Of a stretch of 64,000 nt of DNA, positions 1 to 10,694 are shown in pieces. The position numbers and the translations under genes were made by a program. The notes under the pieces are model-generated. The model was not told where the DNA came from. It was given only the letters and a program-made list of their open reading frames with translations, and ran no database searches. Every line of letters begins with the position of its first letter. Position 1 is the stretch's first letter. Origin of the DNA: an uncultured Verrucomicrobiae bacterium (lineage in GTDB: Bacteria; Verrucomicrobiota; Verrucomicrobiia; Chthoniobacterales; JAFAMB01); NCBI GenBank assembly GCA_963837955.1, contig CAWIPH010000002.1, positions 800,001 to 864,000 of the forward strand, read 5' to 3'.

Positions 1-204
1 AAAATAACCGCCTGGACGAAAGATTATTGGGCGGCCGTACATCCCTACAGCATGGGCGGCGCTTATGTGAATTTCATGATGGACGAAGGAAGCGACCGGA
101 TCAAAGCCACCTATCGCGACAACTATCAGCGCCTGTTAGAAATTAAGCGCAAGTACGACCCGTGTAACTTTTTCCGGATCAACCAGAACATCAAACCCGA
201 TTAA
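1..204 (+). CDS. FAD-linked oxidoreductase, C-terminal berberine-bridge-enzyme (BBE) domain, 5'-truncated by window edge
   Basis: Manual translation of frame 1: KITAWTKDYWAAVHPYSMGGAYVNFMMDEG...NYQRLLEIKRKYDPCNFFRINQNIKPD*. YVNF and KxKYDPxNxF match the BBE C-terminus. Confidence 0.85.
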   Translation, partial: KITAWTKDYWAAVHPYSMGGAYVNFMMDEGSDRIKATYRDNYQRLLEIKRKYDPCNFFRINQNIKPD

Positions 205-225
205 CTCCTCTTTCGAAAGAACAGT

Positions 226-588
226 ATGAGTGCACAATCCCTTGGCTTCCGCTGTGTCAAAGTCATCGCTCTATCAGTAGTTGATCTGGAGCGCGCGAAG
301 AAATTCTATGGCGAGACATTAGGTTTACCGCCGGCTTATGAAGAGAATGAACAGGTTGGCTATACGGTTGGCGACACTATCTTGATGCTGAAAGCCGACT
401 GGGATCAGGCTCCCACCAAGACACCAAATCCTCGAGTAACCGTCCAAACCGATGACGCTCGCGAAACGGAAAAAGACCTTCGTTCCCGCGGAGTGGCGAT
501 TTCGGATCCGGTGGAGATGTACGATAAAATCCATTATGTCGGGAGTTTCTTGGACACAGAGGGAAACAAGCTCTGGTTTTGTTCGTAG
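226..588 (+). CDS. VOC/glyoxalase family protein
   Basis: VVDLERAKKFYGETLGL at the N-terminus and FLDTEGN at the C-terminus; 120 aa. Confidence 0.85.
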   Translation: MSAQSLGFRCVKVIALSVVDLERAKKFYGETLGLPPAYEENEQVGYTVGDTILMLKADWDQAPTKTPNPRVTVQTDDARETEKDLRSRGVAISDPVEMYDKIHYVGSFLDTEGNKLWFCS

Positions 589-712
589 TGCTCTAGCTTG
601 GATCGACTCCTGAGCGGACTAAGGCAATGATTTGGTGAGTCCAGAGCGCCTCGATGGCCCGAAGTCTTGAAATTGGGGTGACGAAATAGTTGTCGATCAG
701 GGCTTGTTCGTT

Positions 713-1471
713 CTAGTACGTTGCCCGGCCGCCAGTCAGATCAAATGTAAATCCTGTTGTGAAGCTGCAACTAGGAGAAACGATGAATTCCACCATAGCT
801 ACAAATTCTTCGAGCGATCCGCAGCGCTGCATCGGAATTTTTTCGGTCATGTATTGCACCTGCTCTAACGGCATCGCCTCCACCATTGGCGTTCTAATGA
901 CCGCAGGCGCCAAGGCATTTACAGTCACTCCAGTGCCTGCCACCTCTTTGCCCTGGACCTTCGTCATTCCGATGACAGCAGCCTTCGAAGCCGAGTAAGC
1001 CAGCATGCCGGCGTTTCCTTCCTTGCCAGCGATGGAAGCAATGTGAAGCACTCGTCCGTAACCGCGTTCGAGCATTCGCGGTAAGGCTGCTCTGGAGGTG
1101 TGATAGCAGCCGAAGAAGTTGAGTCGGAAAACCTCCTCCACGTCGGCGGGGTCGGTATCCTGGCACTTCAGGTTGGTTCGACCCGTGATCCCGGCGCTGT
1201 TTATCAGAACGTCAGTTTGTGAGAAACCCTGGAACACCCGGTCGACATCTTCCCATCGAGTGACATCGCCAGGCACCGGGACGAAGTGTTCTCCGAGGGC
1301 GCCTCGTAGTTCTTCCAGTGCGGGCTGGTTAATATCGATGCCGTAAACGGTCGCGCCTAGTTGCGCAAAGCGAGCACAAACTGCGCGGCCGAGCCCTGAA
1401 GCCGCACCGGTAATGACGATGTGCTGTGTTAGCCAATTCTGGTGCATTTTTTCAAACATAGACGGATTCAC
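713..1471 (-). CDS. Short-chain dehydrogenase/reductase (SDR)
   Basis: TGAASGLG, NSAGI and YSASK motifs. Start may be a few codons further in. Confidence 0.9.
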   Translation of the reverse strand: MNPSMFEKMHQNWLTQHIVITGAASGLGRAVCARFAQLGATVYGIDINQPALEELRGALGEHFVPVPGDVTRWEDVDRVFQGFSQTDVLINSAGITGRTNLKCQDTDPADVEEVFRLNFFGCYHTSRAALPRMLERGYGRVLHIASIAGKEGNAGMLAYSASKAAVIGMTKVQGKEVAGTGVTVNALAPAVIRTPMVEAMPLEQVQYMTEKIPMQRCGSLEEFVAMVEFIVSPSCSFTTGFTFDLTGGRATY

Positions 1472-1620
1472 CGACGTTCATCGATTTTTCTCTTTGTTTA
1501 CTGTGCAAATAATGGCTTGTCCGAATTGCCGTGGCGTTTTAGTACCTTTGTTGGAGGAACTCCGTTTTGTCTTGTTGTTTGCGGGATTAATCCCCCCAAA
1601 CAGACCAGCGGAGCTAGCCG

Positions 1621-2916
1621 ATGACGAAGCACGTTGAGGCAGCGGGCGATTCTACGACTAAGGAGCTGACCATCTTGCAGTTGCTGCTGGGTGATTATCA
1701 TCCCCGCGACTTCACCATCTCTCTTTGGGACGGCAGTCAGTGGCCGGCGGAGACCAACTCACCTCGTTTTACGCTGATCCTTAAGCATCCTCATACGTTG
1801 CGGCGGATGTTGCAGAGCGGCCGGGCCGATCTCTCTATTTCCGAGGCCTATATCTATGGCGATCTTGATCTCGAGGGAGACCTTGAAGCGGCGATGCCTG
1901 TGGCTCACCGTCTGACGAGCCGCCACTTGCCTGCTTCGACGGCGCTGCGGATCGGCTGGAACTTGTTCCGCATACCGGCTGATAGCCAATCGGGACGAAA
2001 TGGGCGAAAGCCTGCCAAGCTATCCGGCGAACTTCACTCGATCGGCCGGGACCGGAAGGCCGTGAATTTCCACTACAATGTGTCGAACGATTTCTATGCG
2101 CTATGGCTCGACCAGCGGATGGTTTATTCTTGCGCCTATTTTCAAACTGCCGACGAAGACCTAGACACGGCGCAGGCGCGCAAACTTGACTACTTGTGCC
2201 GCAAGCTACGACTTCGCCCCGGCGAGCGCCTCCTCGACATTGGCTGCGGCTGGGGTGGGCTGGTCATTCACGCGGCCCAGCATTACCGAGTCAATGCCGT
2301 TGGTATCACGCTCAGCCAAAACCAAGCTATGCTGGCTAACGAGCGAATCGCGCGCGCCGGTCTGCGCGACCGCTGCCGGGTAGAAGTACGCGATTACCGT
2401 GAGTTGAACGAAACAAACGGCTTCGACAAGTTGGTGAGTGTCGGGATGTTCGAGCACGTGGGCGAGAGCCGGCTGCCAGGGTACTTTCAACAGGCATGGC
2501 GACTGTTGCGACCAGGTGGAGTTTTCCTCAACCATGGCATCGCCTCGCGCCTGAACGAGCCATGGCCCAAAGGCCCGAATTTTATCAGTCGCTACGTGTT
2601 TCCGGATGGCGAGCTGGTGCCGATCAGCGCGACGCTGCGCTGCGCGGAAGAGGCGGGCTTCGAAGTGCGGGACGTGGAAAGTCTGCGAGAGCACTACGCG
2701 CTTACTCTGCGTCACTGGGCCCGCCGTCTGGAACTTCATCGTGATCAGGTGCTGCAAGTGGTCGACGAACCGACCTATCGCGTTTGGCGGCTCTTCCTGC
2801 CCGGATCAGCGTATGGGTTCGCTGCGGGACCGTTGAATATTTACCAAGCCTTGCTGCTTAAGCCTGATGAAGGCCGGAGCGGTCTGCCGCTGACTCGTAG
2901 CGATTGGTACCTGTGA
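1621..2916 (+). CDS. cfa: Cyclopropane-fatty-acyl-phospholipid synthase family methyltransferase
   Basis: HYNVSNDFY, MVYSCAYF, LDIGCGWG, VSVGMFEHVG, YVFPDG, HYALTLRHW. Confidence 0.9.
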   Translation: MTKHVEAAGDSTTKELTILQLLLGDYHPRDFTISLWDGSQWPAETNSPRFTLILKHPHTLRRMLQSGRADLSISEAYIYGDLDLEGDLEAAMPVAHRLTSRHLPASTALRIGWNLFRIPADSQSGRNGRKPAKLSGELHSIGRDRKAVNFHYNVSNDFYALWLDQRMVYSCAYFQTADEDLDTAQARKLDYLCRKLRLRPGERLLDIGCGWGGLVIHAAQHYRVNAVGITLSQNQAMLANERIARAGLRDRCRVEVRDYRELNETNGFDKLVSVGMFEHVGESRLPGYFQQAWRLLRPGGVFLNHGIASRLNEPWPKGPNFISRYVFPDGELVPISATLRCAEEAGFEVRDVESLREHYALTLRHWARRLELHRDQVLQVVDEPTYRVWRLFLPGSAYGFAAGPLNIYQALLLKPDEGRSGLPLTRSDWYL

Positions 2917-2949
2917 GTCGCGCGGGCACGCGGCCGTTTTTGTCATTTG

Positions 2950-4605
2950 TCAATTGATGACCGGCCGGGAGCGTTCCAGTAGTAGTGCCACCCCATCGTT
3001 CGACCGCAGCGTTCCGAACGCAAGGCCGAGATTTTCGGTTAGACGTCCGCTACAGAAGATGTCAGCTATTCCTTGATTGCCACTGCGGATCAACGCGGCT
3101 GCTTGCAGAGCGAGCGCTATTTTCTCCACGAACCAGCGAGCACCAAATTCTGGGTTGTTTTCCACTCGTTTTGTCGAGAGGAGGGATCCAACAAAACGAT
3201 CGTAAATTGAATTAACTCCCGTCGCTGACGCGATCTCCTGATGCAGAGCCTCTACGGTGCTGGGATCCTTTTGCATCGCCCTCAGGACGTCCAGGCACTG
3301 GACATTGCCCGCCCCCTCCCAGAGCGAATTCAGCGGAGCATCTCGGTACAAGCGGGGAAGAGGGGATTCTTCGACGTAGCCGTTTCCACCCAAACACTCC
3401 AAGGCCTCAGCTACGACGGCTGGTGTCCGCTTCGTGATCCAATATTTGGCGATTGCCGTGGCTATCCGAGAGAACTTTTGCTCGCGTAAGTCTTCTCTGG
3501 AGCGATCAAACGCATGCGCAAGACGAATCGCCAGTGTGGTTGCAGCCTCCGATTCCAGGCATAAATCGGCCAAAACATTTCGCATCAAGGGCTGATCAAT
3601 CAAAAGGCGACCGAAGGCCGACCGATGAGCTGCATGATGCGTTGCTTCAGCCACCGCCTTTCGCATCGACGCGGCCGATCCGATGGCGCAATCTAGTCGC
3701 GTATGACGGACCATCTCCATGATGGTCGCGACACCACGACCTTCTTCGCCGACCAATCGAGCTGAGGCGCGTCGGAATTCCACTTCGCTGGACGCATTCG
3801 AGCGGTTGCCCAGTTTGTCCTTTAAGCGGAGAAGATGAAAGGCGTTCCTGGTGCCGTCCGGTTGCCAACGAGGTAACAGAAAGCAGGAGAGTCCGGCTGG
3901 TGCCTGAGCGAGAATCAAAAAGGCGTCACACATCGGCGCCGAGCAAAACCATTTGTGACCGGTGATCACATACTCCTTGCCCGGGCCGCCCCCATCGGCA
4001 GGTTCAGCCACCGTTGTATTCGCTCGCACGTCGCTGCCTCCCTGGCGTTCTGTCATGCCCATCCCGAAAAGGACACCCTCTTTTTCCCGGGCTGGCAGCG
4101 ACCGAAGATCGTAAACGGACGAGAGCGCCCGTGGTTCCCATTCCGCTGCAATTTCCGGCTGCGATCGGAGCGAAGGGATTGCTGCAAAGGTCATCGTCAA
4201 CGGACAACTCGTGCCTTCGTCGACCTGGTGCCTAAGCATCGCCAATGCGGCCCGCGCGACATGTGCTCCTGCCTTCTTTTCGATCCAAGGTAGGGAATGG
4301 GTTCGTGCCTCAATGCCGATCCGCATCAGCTCATGATACGCCGGATGGTAAACTACCTCGTCGATGCGATAGCCGAATCGATCGTGGGTTCGTAGCTCCG
4401 GTGTAAAACGATTGGCCAGCACACCCAGATTGATAGTCTCTGGTTTGCCTAATAGTTCTCCGAGCCTGTGCGCTTCCGCTTCAATCCAGGCACCATCTTC
4501 CCGGTGAACGGCTTCCTTCAGCGCAGAGTCGCTATCGAAAAGGTTGTAATTTTCCAACGGCGACGGCTGGTTAAAGACGGCCTCGGGGGAGTGAGTGGCG
4601 CCCAT
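2950..4605 (-). CDS. aidB: AidB-like acyl-CoA dehydrogenase
   Basis: VFNQP at the N-terminus, CPLTMT, GMGMTERQGGSDV, LKDKLGNRSNASSE, GGNGYVEE, WEGAGNV. Start placed at MGATH (4605) rather than 4770. Confidence 0.88.
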   Translation of the reverse strand: MGATHSPEAVFNQPSPLENYNLFDSDSALKEAVHREDGAWIEAEAHRLGELLGKPETINLGVLANRFTPELRTHDRFGYRIDEVVYHPAYHELMRIGIEARTHSLPWIEKKAGAHVARAALAMLRHQVDEGTSCPLTMTFAAIPSLRSQPEIAAEWEPRALSSVYDLRSLPAREKEGVLFGMGMTERQGGSDVRANTTVAEPADGGGPGKEYVITGHKWFCSAPMCDAFLILAQAPAGLSCFLLPRWQPDGTRNAFHLLRLKDKLGNRSNASSEVEFRRASARLVGEEGRGVATIMEMVRHTRLDCAIGSAASMRKAVAEATHHAAHRSAFGRLLIDQPLMRNVLADLCLESEAATTLAIRLAHAFDRSREDLREQKFSRIATAIAKYWITKRTPAVVAEALECLGGNGYVEESPLPRLYRDAPLNSLWEGAGNVQCLDVLRAMQKDPSTVEALHQEIASATGVNSIYDRFVGSLLSTKRVENNPEFGARWFVEKIALALQAAALIRSGNQGIADIFCSGRLTENLGLAFGTLRSNDGVALLLERSRPVIN

Positions 4606-4757
4606 GGAAATTGGGGAAACAAGAGACCATCGCGCAGCCGCGAGTCGGTTGCAACATGGCTGCGGAGGCCAATAAGTGAATCGACAGTCCGGAGAACCAG
4701 AAAACCAGAAACGAAAATGTTTCCGGAAGGCGAAGTGGAGCACCCTCCCACGCCTCG

Positions 4758-5756
4758 CTATTGTCGCCAATCGGGAACAAGTACAGCCGCGCCCCGGATG
4801 CGGCCTGTTCTCAGGCGTTCGAGAGCGTCATTGGCGTGTGACATAGGGAAAGTTTCGGTTTCGGTTCGCACCGGCACTTTCGGAGCGAGATTCAGGAATG
4901 TTCGGCCGTCGGCCCGGGTTAGATTGGCAACGGAATGAATATTCCTTTCCTCCCAAAGAATCGAATATGGAAATGAAGGGATGTCGCTCATATGGATCCC
5001 TCCGCAAACAACCCGTCCTCCTTTTCGTAAGGCGCGCAGCGCGGCTGGAACCAGAGCGCCAGCTGGTGCGAAAATGATTGCCGCATCCAACTGCTGAGGC
5101 GGAAGCTCGTCTGAACCGCCTGCCCAAACCGCGCCGAGCGACCGCGCAAACTCTTGATCCGCAGTTTTTCCTGACCTCGTAAACGCATACAACTCGCGTC
5201 CCTCGTATTTGGCGACTTGAGCGACGATGTGAGCGGCAGCGCCAAATCCATATATGCCCAGCCGCCTGGCTTCTGTAGCGGGTCCGGTCATGGCCAGCGA
5301 TCGGTAGCCGATTAGTCCCGCGCAGAGAAGCGGAGCGGCTTCGATCGCCTCGTAGGGCTCAGGTAGCGGGAAACAGAAGGCCGCTTCAGCTAGGACGAAT
5401 TCTGCATAGCCGCCATCAAGCGTATAACCGGTGAACTTTGCGTTATCGCAAAGGTTCTCCCGGTTCGATTGGCAGTAGCGGCAGGAACCACAAGTCCAGC
5501 CGAGCCAGGGAATTCCTACTCTGGTTCCGCGGTGCTCTGTTCCCGGCCCGCATTCGACAATCTCACCAGCAATTTCGTGCCCAGGAACGAGTGGAAGTTT
5601 TGGGTGAGGCAATTCTCCGTCGACCACGTGAAGATCGGTTCGGCAAACCGCACAAGCGAGAACTCGGACTTTTACTTGTCCGGCTCCAGGGGAGGGGGCT
5701 GGCATTTCACATTCCCGTAAAGGAGTTCCCGGTTTGTCGAGAATCATTGCATGCAT
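4758..5756 (-). CDS. Zinc-dependent alcohol dehydrogenase family protein
   Basis: VCRTDLH, PGHE, four-Cys structural Zn cluster (CGSCRYC...NLC), GIYGFGAA. Confidence 0.92.
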   Translation of the reverse strand: MHAMILDKPGTPLRECEMPAPSPGAGQVKVRVLACAVCRTDLHVVDGELPHPKLPLVPGHEIAGEIVECGPGTEHRGTRVGIPWLGWTCGSCRYCQSNRENLCDNAKFTGYTLDGGYAEFVLAEAAFCFPLPEPYEAIEAAPLLCAGLIGYRSLAMTGPATEARRLGIYGFGAAAHIVAQVAKYEGRELYAFTRSGKTADQEFARSLGAVWAGGSDELPPQQLDAAIIFAPAGALVPAALRALRKGGRVVCGGIHMSDIPSFPYSILWEERNIHSVANLTRADGRTFLNLAPKVPVRTETETFPMSHANDALERLRTGRIRGAAVLVPDWRQ

Positions 5757-5973
5757 GGGAGATGGATTCCGAATCTATTCTTACGCACTTATTACCTTCT
5801 TTTGGATTACTCGAAAGAGAATAAGAGTCTGGAATCGGCTGCGACGGTCCGCGACCCGACAGTCATCCATGCGCCAGCCAAAAGTGTTAACGATACGACT
5901 GGAGAGATTTTACTGGGTATCTTGGCTATCCACGGACTGCCCGTCCTAGCTATGTTACTCTCAACTGTTTATC

Positions 5974-7668
5974 ATGAGCATTCCGGCAACTGAAGTTCGG
6001 ACCTGGAGCGAACTGGAGCCGCGGTATATGGCGCTTCGCCAACGCGAGCTCAACCGGGATAATTTGTACCAATTTCTCTTGGACTGGAGCGATCTGGAGA
6101 AGGAAGTCGAAGAGCTGCAGACCTTCTTGATTTTGTCGGTCGATCTTAATACGGCTGACGAAAATGCTAACGATCTTCTGGTCCACTTTAATCAGGTGAC
6201 TCGGCCCAAGATTTCGGTCGCCAACGCTGCGTTGAGAAGCAAGGTTTTGGCGGTCGCAGAGCCGAAGGTCCCGGCTGAAGCCATTTCTGTGCTGAAGCGG
6301 ATGAGAACCGATGCAGCCGCTTATCGACCGTCCAATGTGCCTTTGGAGGCGGAGCAGGCGCACCTCGTTGCGCGGTACTCGCGACTCACGGGTAGTCAAT
6401 TGGTGAACTATGAGGGCGAAAAGCTTACCATTCCGGCGATCCAGGAAAAGTTGCGCGACCCGAATCGAGGAATCCGCGAGCGAGCTTGGAAGGCATGGCA
6501 ACGAGCTCGGCTCCAATTGGGTCCTCAATTGGATGAACTGTTTTTAAAACTGTTTGCCGTCCGCACGATGATGGCGAGGAACGCCGAATGCCAAAATTAT
6601 CGGGACCTTATCTGGCTGAACTATCACCGATACGACTACACGGCAGAGCAATGCTATGAACTGCATGAAAGTATCGAGAAAGAAGTTGTTCCGTTTGCGT
6701 CGGAACTCTTGGAGATCCAGCGGAAAGGATTGGGAGTCAAGGTTCTAAAGCCTTGGGACTTCTATTGGCGTTCACCGGTCGATCAGTATGGCAGAGAACC
6801 TCTCCGGCCGTTCGAAACGGTGATCGAACTTGAAGAAGGGATGCAGAGGGTTTTTTCCAGGATTGACGCCGAACTGGGCCAACAATTCGCGCACTTTCGA
6901 AAAGGATTTGTCGATCTCGGATCGCGCCCCAACAAAATGTCCCACGCCTACTGCGCGTCTTTTCCAACGCGTGGCATGCCATTCGTGCTGGAAAACGTGG
7001 TTGGATCCGAGAATGACGTTCGTATCACGCTGCACGAGTTTGGGCACGCCTTTCACGGCTATGCCAGCATGCGGGCGCAGCCGCTGGTCTGGAATCACTT
7101 TTCCGCGACGGAGTTTGTGGAGGTACCTTCCCAAGCGATGGAGGTCCTGGCTTTGCCGTTTTTACACAAGAACCGCGGAGGCTTTTACGATGACGACGGC
7201 TTGGCGCGAATTTATTGGACGCAAATATCCCAAATCGTCCATCTATTAAGCTGGATCGGGTTTATGGATGCGATTCAGCACTGGTTATACAGCGAATTGT
7301 CTGCGCCACCTTCAATCGGCAGCATTGATACGAAAGCCCGCGAGCTGAGCAAACGTTTCATGCCGCAAACCGGTTGGTCGGGATTTGAGTCTGAGCATGG
7401 AAAGATTTGGCATTACCATCATATATTCACCTCACCCTTTTACTACATCGAGTATGGTCTGAGCTGGCTGGGAGCGCTGCAGCTATGGCGGAAAAGCTTG
7501 TTGGATCCGAAAGATACGTTGGCGAGATACAAGACAGCACTAACCCTGGGAAACAGCAGGAGTGTGCCAGAGCTGTTTGCAGCCGCCGGCGCCAGTTTTG
7601 CTTTTGATATCGAGACAATCCGTGACCTCATGCGGTTCTTGCGTGAGGAACTCAAGCGATTCAAATAA
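5974..7668 (+). CDS. M3 family oligoendopeptidase
   Basis: HEFGHAFH (HExxH), downstream EVPS, PFYYIEY, LKPWD. Confidence 0.9.
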   Translation: MSIPATEVRTWSELEPRYMALRQRELNRDNLYQFLLDWSDLEKEVEELQTFLILSVDLNTADENANDLLVHFNQVTRPKISVANAALRSKVLAVAEPKVPAEAISVLKRMRTDAAAYRPSNVPLEAEQAHLVARYSRLTGSQLVNYEGEKLTIPAIQEKLRDPNRGIRERAWKAWQRARLQLGPQLDELFLKLFAVRTMMARNAECQNYRDLIWLNYHRYDYTAEQCYELHESIEKEVVPFASELLEIQRKGLGVKVLKPWDFYWRSPVDQYGREPLRPFETVIELEEGMQRVFSRIDAELGQQFAHFRKGFVDLGSRPNKMSHAYCASFPTRGMPFVLENVVGSENDVRITLHEFGHAFHGYASMRAQPLVWNHFSATEFVEVPSQAMEVLALPFLHKNRGGFYDDDGLARIYWTQISQIVHLLSWIGFMDAIQHWLYSELSAPPSIGSIDTKARELSKRFMPQTGWSGFESEHGKIWHYHHIFTSPFYYIEYGLSWLGALQLWRKSLLDPKDTLARYKTALTLGNSRSVPELFAAAGASFAFDIETIRDLMRFLREELKRFK

Positions 7669-7904
7669 CCGATCTGCGCGAACTGCCATTGTCTTCGGCC
7701 AACGGAATCCGAGAATTCGCGCTTAACACCCACCTGGTAGAAGGGATTTTCTCGGTGATACTTTTTGGTAGAAAGGATGCTTGAAACTCAGCCCGGAGCG
7801 AGGCATGGAACATCGCGGTCTTGAGATTGATTGCGCGAGCTGAACGCAGAGCTTTCCCGGACCAGCCCATCGGCTATACTTGACATCATCGTACACTTCT
7901 CCTT

Positions 7905-9308
7905 ATGACCGCGCCTTCTTGTATTCTCGTGGCCGACGATCAACCGGCAGTCCGCGAGGCGCTCCGCATCCTTTTGGTCAATGAGGGATACCGGGTTGAG
8001 TTGGCCACGTCGCCGCAGGAGGCGCTGCGGTTAATCCGAGAGCAAGAGTTTGCATTAGCTATGCTGGATTTGAACTACGCGCGTGATACCACCAGCGGCG
8101 AAGAGGGGTTGGAGTTGGTCCAGCAACTGCAGAAAATCGAGGGAGCCCCGCCCGTTCTGGTAATGACGGCGTGGGCTACGGTTGATCTTGCGGTTGCGGC
8201 CATGCGGAATGGTGCGCGTGATTTTATCCAAAAGCCGTGGGATAACGCTCGGGTTCTCTCGATAATTCGAACCCAATTGCAGGTCGCTGCTGTGACCCGG
8301 CGGGCTAACCGACTGGAAGCCGAAAATCAACTGTTGCGGAAGGAAGTGGCCGGTTCGTTTGGGTCGGACTCTTTTGCTGAGGCGGACGCGCTCATTGCCC
8401 GTTCGGCTGGGATGCGAGCTGTCCTGGAGATGATTCGAAGGGTGGCTCCGGCCAAGGCCAACGTGCTCATTACTGGCGAAAACGGAACGGGCAAGGGCGT
8501 GGTGGCCCGGGCTTTGCACGGTGCTAGCGACCGGGCCGACAAACCTTTCATCACCATCAACATGGGAGGCCTCAGCGAAAGTCTCTTTGAGAGTGAATTG
8601 TTCGGTCATGTGAAAGGGGCGTTTACTGACGCTAAGTCCGATCGACCCGGCCGTTTCGAGCTGGCCGATGGAGGCACACTGTTCTTAGACGAGATCGGAA
8701 ACGTGCCGGTTGCCCAGCAGGCTAAGCTATTGCGTACCCTTGAGACCGGAGAGTTTGAGCGGCTGGGTTCATCGCGAGCGCGCCGTGCCGATGTCCGGCT
8801 GATTTCTGCGACGAACGCCGATTTGGTGGCGGACGTCGAGGCTGGCAGGTTCCGGCGCGATCTCTATTTTCGTTTGAATACTGTGGAAATAAACTTGCCT
8901 GCGCTGCGTGACCGTTTGGAAGACATTCCTGTTTTGGCCAGGCATTTTCTTCGCACTTACGCAGAGAGATATCGGAAGGAACTGAGCGACTTTACGTCTG
9001 AGGCCGATCAGTTACTACTTCGCCATCCCTGGCCAGGTAACGTCAGGGAACTGGATCACACTATTGAGCGCGCGGTTTTGATGGCTGATTCCGACCGGAT
9101 CGAACCGAATGATCTCGGACTCGCGACGATGAGTTCCGCGTCTAACTCGACGTCCATTGGACTTGAGCAGATGACGATCGAAGAGATCGAGAAAGTCCTG
9201 ATAAAGAAAGCACTGGATCGGTATGGCGGAAATGTCCGGCGGGCCGCCGAAGCGCTCGGATTGAGCCGAAGCACCTTTTATCGCCGCCTGCAAGAGCTCG
9301 ACCTCTAA
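7905..9308 (+). CDS. Sigma-54-dependent response regulator (REC-AAA+-Fis HTH)
   Basis: VADD and LDLNY receiver, GENGTGK, ESELFGHVKGAFTDA, FLDEIG, WPGNVREL, C-terminal HTH. Confidence 0.93.
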   Translation: MTAPSCILVADDQPAVREALRILLVNEGYRVELATSPQEALRLIREQEFALAMLDLNYARDTTSGEEGLELVQQLQKIEGAPPVLVMTAWATVDLAVAAMRNGARDFIQKPWDNARVLSIIRTQLQVAAVTRRANRLEAENQLLRKEVAGSFGSDSFAEADALIARSAGMRAVLEMIRRVAPAKANVLITGENGTGKGVVARALHGASDRADKPFITINMGGLSESLFESELFGHVKGAFTDAKSDRPGRFELADGGTLFLDEIGNVPVAQQAKLLRTLETGEFERLGSSRARRADVRLISATNADLVADVEAGRFRRDLYFRLNTVEINLPALRDRLEDIPVLARHFLRTYAERYRKELSDFTSEADQLLLRHPWPGNVRELDHTIERAVLMADSDRIEPNDLGLATMSSASNSTSIGLEQMTIEEIEKVLIKKALDRYGGNVRRAAEALGLSRSTFYRRLQELDL

Positions 9309-9322
9309 AGCGTTCGAAAGAT

Positions 9323-10678
9323 TTGGCGATGGCCAATCGTAGTCATGGTATCTCGTTCAACCGCGTTTCCCTCGTAGCTACCGTTCAACTTCTGGTCGCA
9401 CTCGGCGGACTCCCCGCGATCGCGATCGCAATCGCTTTGCTCTGGCAGAGTGGCTGGTCGCCGATAGTAAGCGGAAGTTGCGCTCTTCTCATCATCGGTG
9501 TCTGGATCGGCTGCGTCATCGCTGGACGCGAGCAGATTCTCTTCCCGCTCCGGACGCTTTCCAATTTGCTGGCCGCGTTGCGCGAGGGTGATTACTCTTT
9601 GCGGGCAGCGTCAGCTCGCCGCCGCGACGCACTCGGGGAAGTGATGCGTGAGTTGAACGGTTTGAGTCAGGCTCTGCAGACCGAGCGTCAAGAAGCGACG
9701 GAAACAAACGCCTTGCTTCTGGCCGTCATCTCGAACATTGACCTGGCCGTTTTCACGTTCGACGAAGAGAGCCGCCTTCGTCTCGTTAACGATGCCGGTA
9801 CAAGGCTTTTGAACAAGCAGGGCGATGAACTGCTTGGCTCTACCGCGTCGGAGCTTGGCTTAGTGGAGTGTCTTCAGGGTAATCGGTCTGGCGTTCTGCA
9901 GAGGTCGTTCCCGGGCAGCTTCGGAACTCGATGGGAAATCCGCCGTTCCGCATTTCGGCAGCAAGGGCGGCCGCATCAATTACTGGTGCTATCAGATCTA
10001 AGCCAAACGTTACGCGATGAAGAGCGGAGAGCTTGGCAGCGACTGATTCGGGTACTAGGCCACGAGCTCAATAACTCACTTGGTCCGATTCAGTCAATTT
10101 CGGACAGCCTAAGTATGGTGGTCCGGCGCTCGCCGCCAGAACGTTCCCGAGAATGGGAATCGGATCTGGTTGCTGGACTTGAAGTCATTCGAGATCGTAC
10201 GTCGGCTCTCGGTCGATTTATGGAAGCGTATTCACAGTTAGCCCGATTGCCGGCTCCCCGCCGGCAACCGTGTGAGATTGGTGAGTTGGTGCGGCGTGCG
10301 GCCAAGTTGGAGTACCGAATGGCCGTCCTGGTCGAACCGTGTTTTGACGGGCTAGCTAATTTAGATCCGGACCAAATCGAGCAGGCCCTCATTAACCTAA
10401 TCCGGAACGCGGTCGACGCGGTGGTGGAGACGCATGGAGCGGTGCGGGTACGCTGGTCGCTAGAGGGTCAAAATCTAGAAATCGAAGTACTGGATGAAGG
10501 GGCAGGCCTGCCAAACACCACTAACCTCTTTGTACCCTTCTTTACCACCAAACCGGGAGGTAATGGCATTGGGTTGGTTCTTAGCCGCCAAATTGCCGAA
10601 GCTCATGGGGGGACGCTGATTGTCGAAAACAGGAAAGATCGGTCCGGCTGCCGCGCGTTGCTTCGGGTGGTGGCGTAG
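9323..10678 (+). CDS. Membrane sensor histidine kinase, probable partner of the upstream regulator
   Basis: Two N-terminal TM segments, HELNNSL H-box, NLIRNA, DEGAG, FFTTK, GIGL. Start could be the ATG at 9329. Confidence 0.92.
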   Translation: MAMANRSHGISFNRVSLVATVQLLVALGGLPAIAIAIALLWQSGWSPIVSGSCALLIIGVWIGCVIAGREQILFPLRTLSNLLAALREGDYSLRAASARRRDALGEVMRELNGLSQALQTERQEATETNALLLAVISNIDLAVFTFDEESRLRLVNDAGTRLLNKQGDELLGSTASELGLVECLQGNRSGVLQRSFPGSFGTRWEIRRSAFRQQGRPHQLLVLSDLSQTLRDEERRAWQRLIRVLGHELNNSLGPIQSISDSLSMVVRRSPPERSREWESDLVAGLEVIRDRTSALGRFMEAYSQLARLPAPRRQPCEIGELVRRAAKLEYRMAVLVEPCFDGLANLDPDQIEQALINLIRNAVDAVVETHGAVRVRWSLEGQNLEIEVLDEGAGLPNTTNLFVPFFTTKPGGNGIGLVLSRQIAEAHGGTLIVENRKDRSGCRALLRVVA

Positions 10679-10694
10679 CTTGATGCTCCGCATC

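Noticed and set aside
4606..4770. 55-aa N-terminal extension of the AidB ORF
   Set aside because: Does not resemble AidB, overlaps the ADH gene end, and family similarity begins at MGATH.
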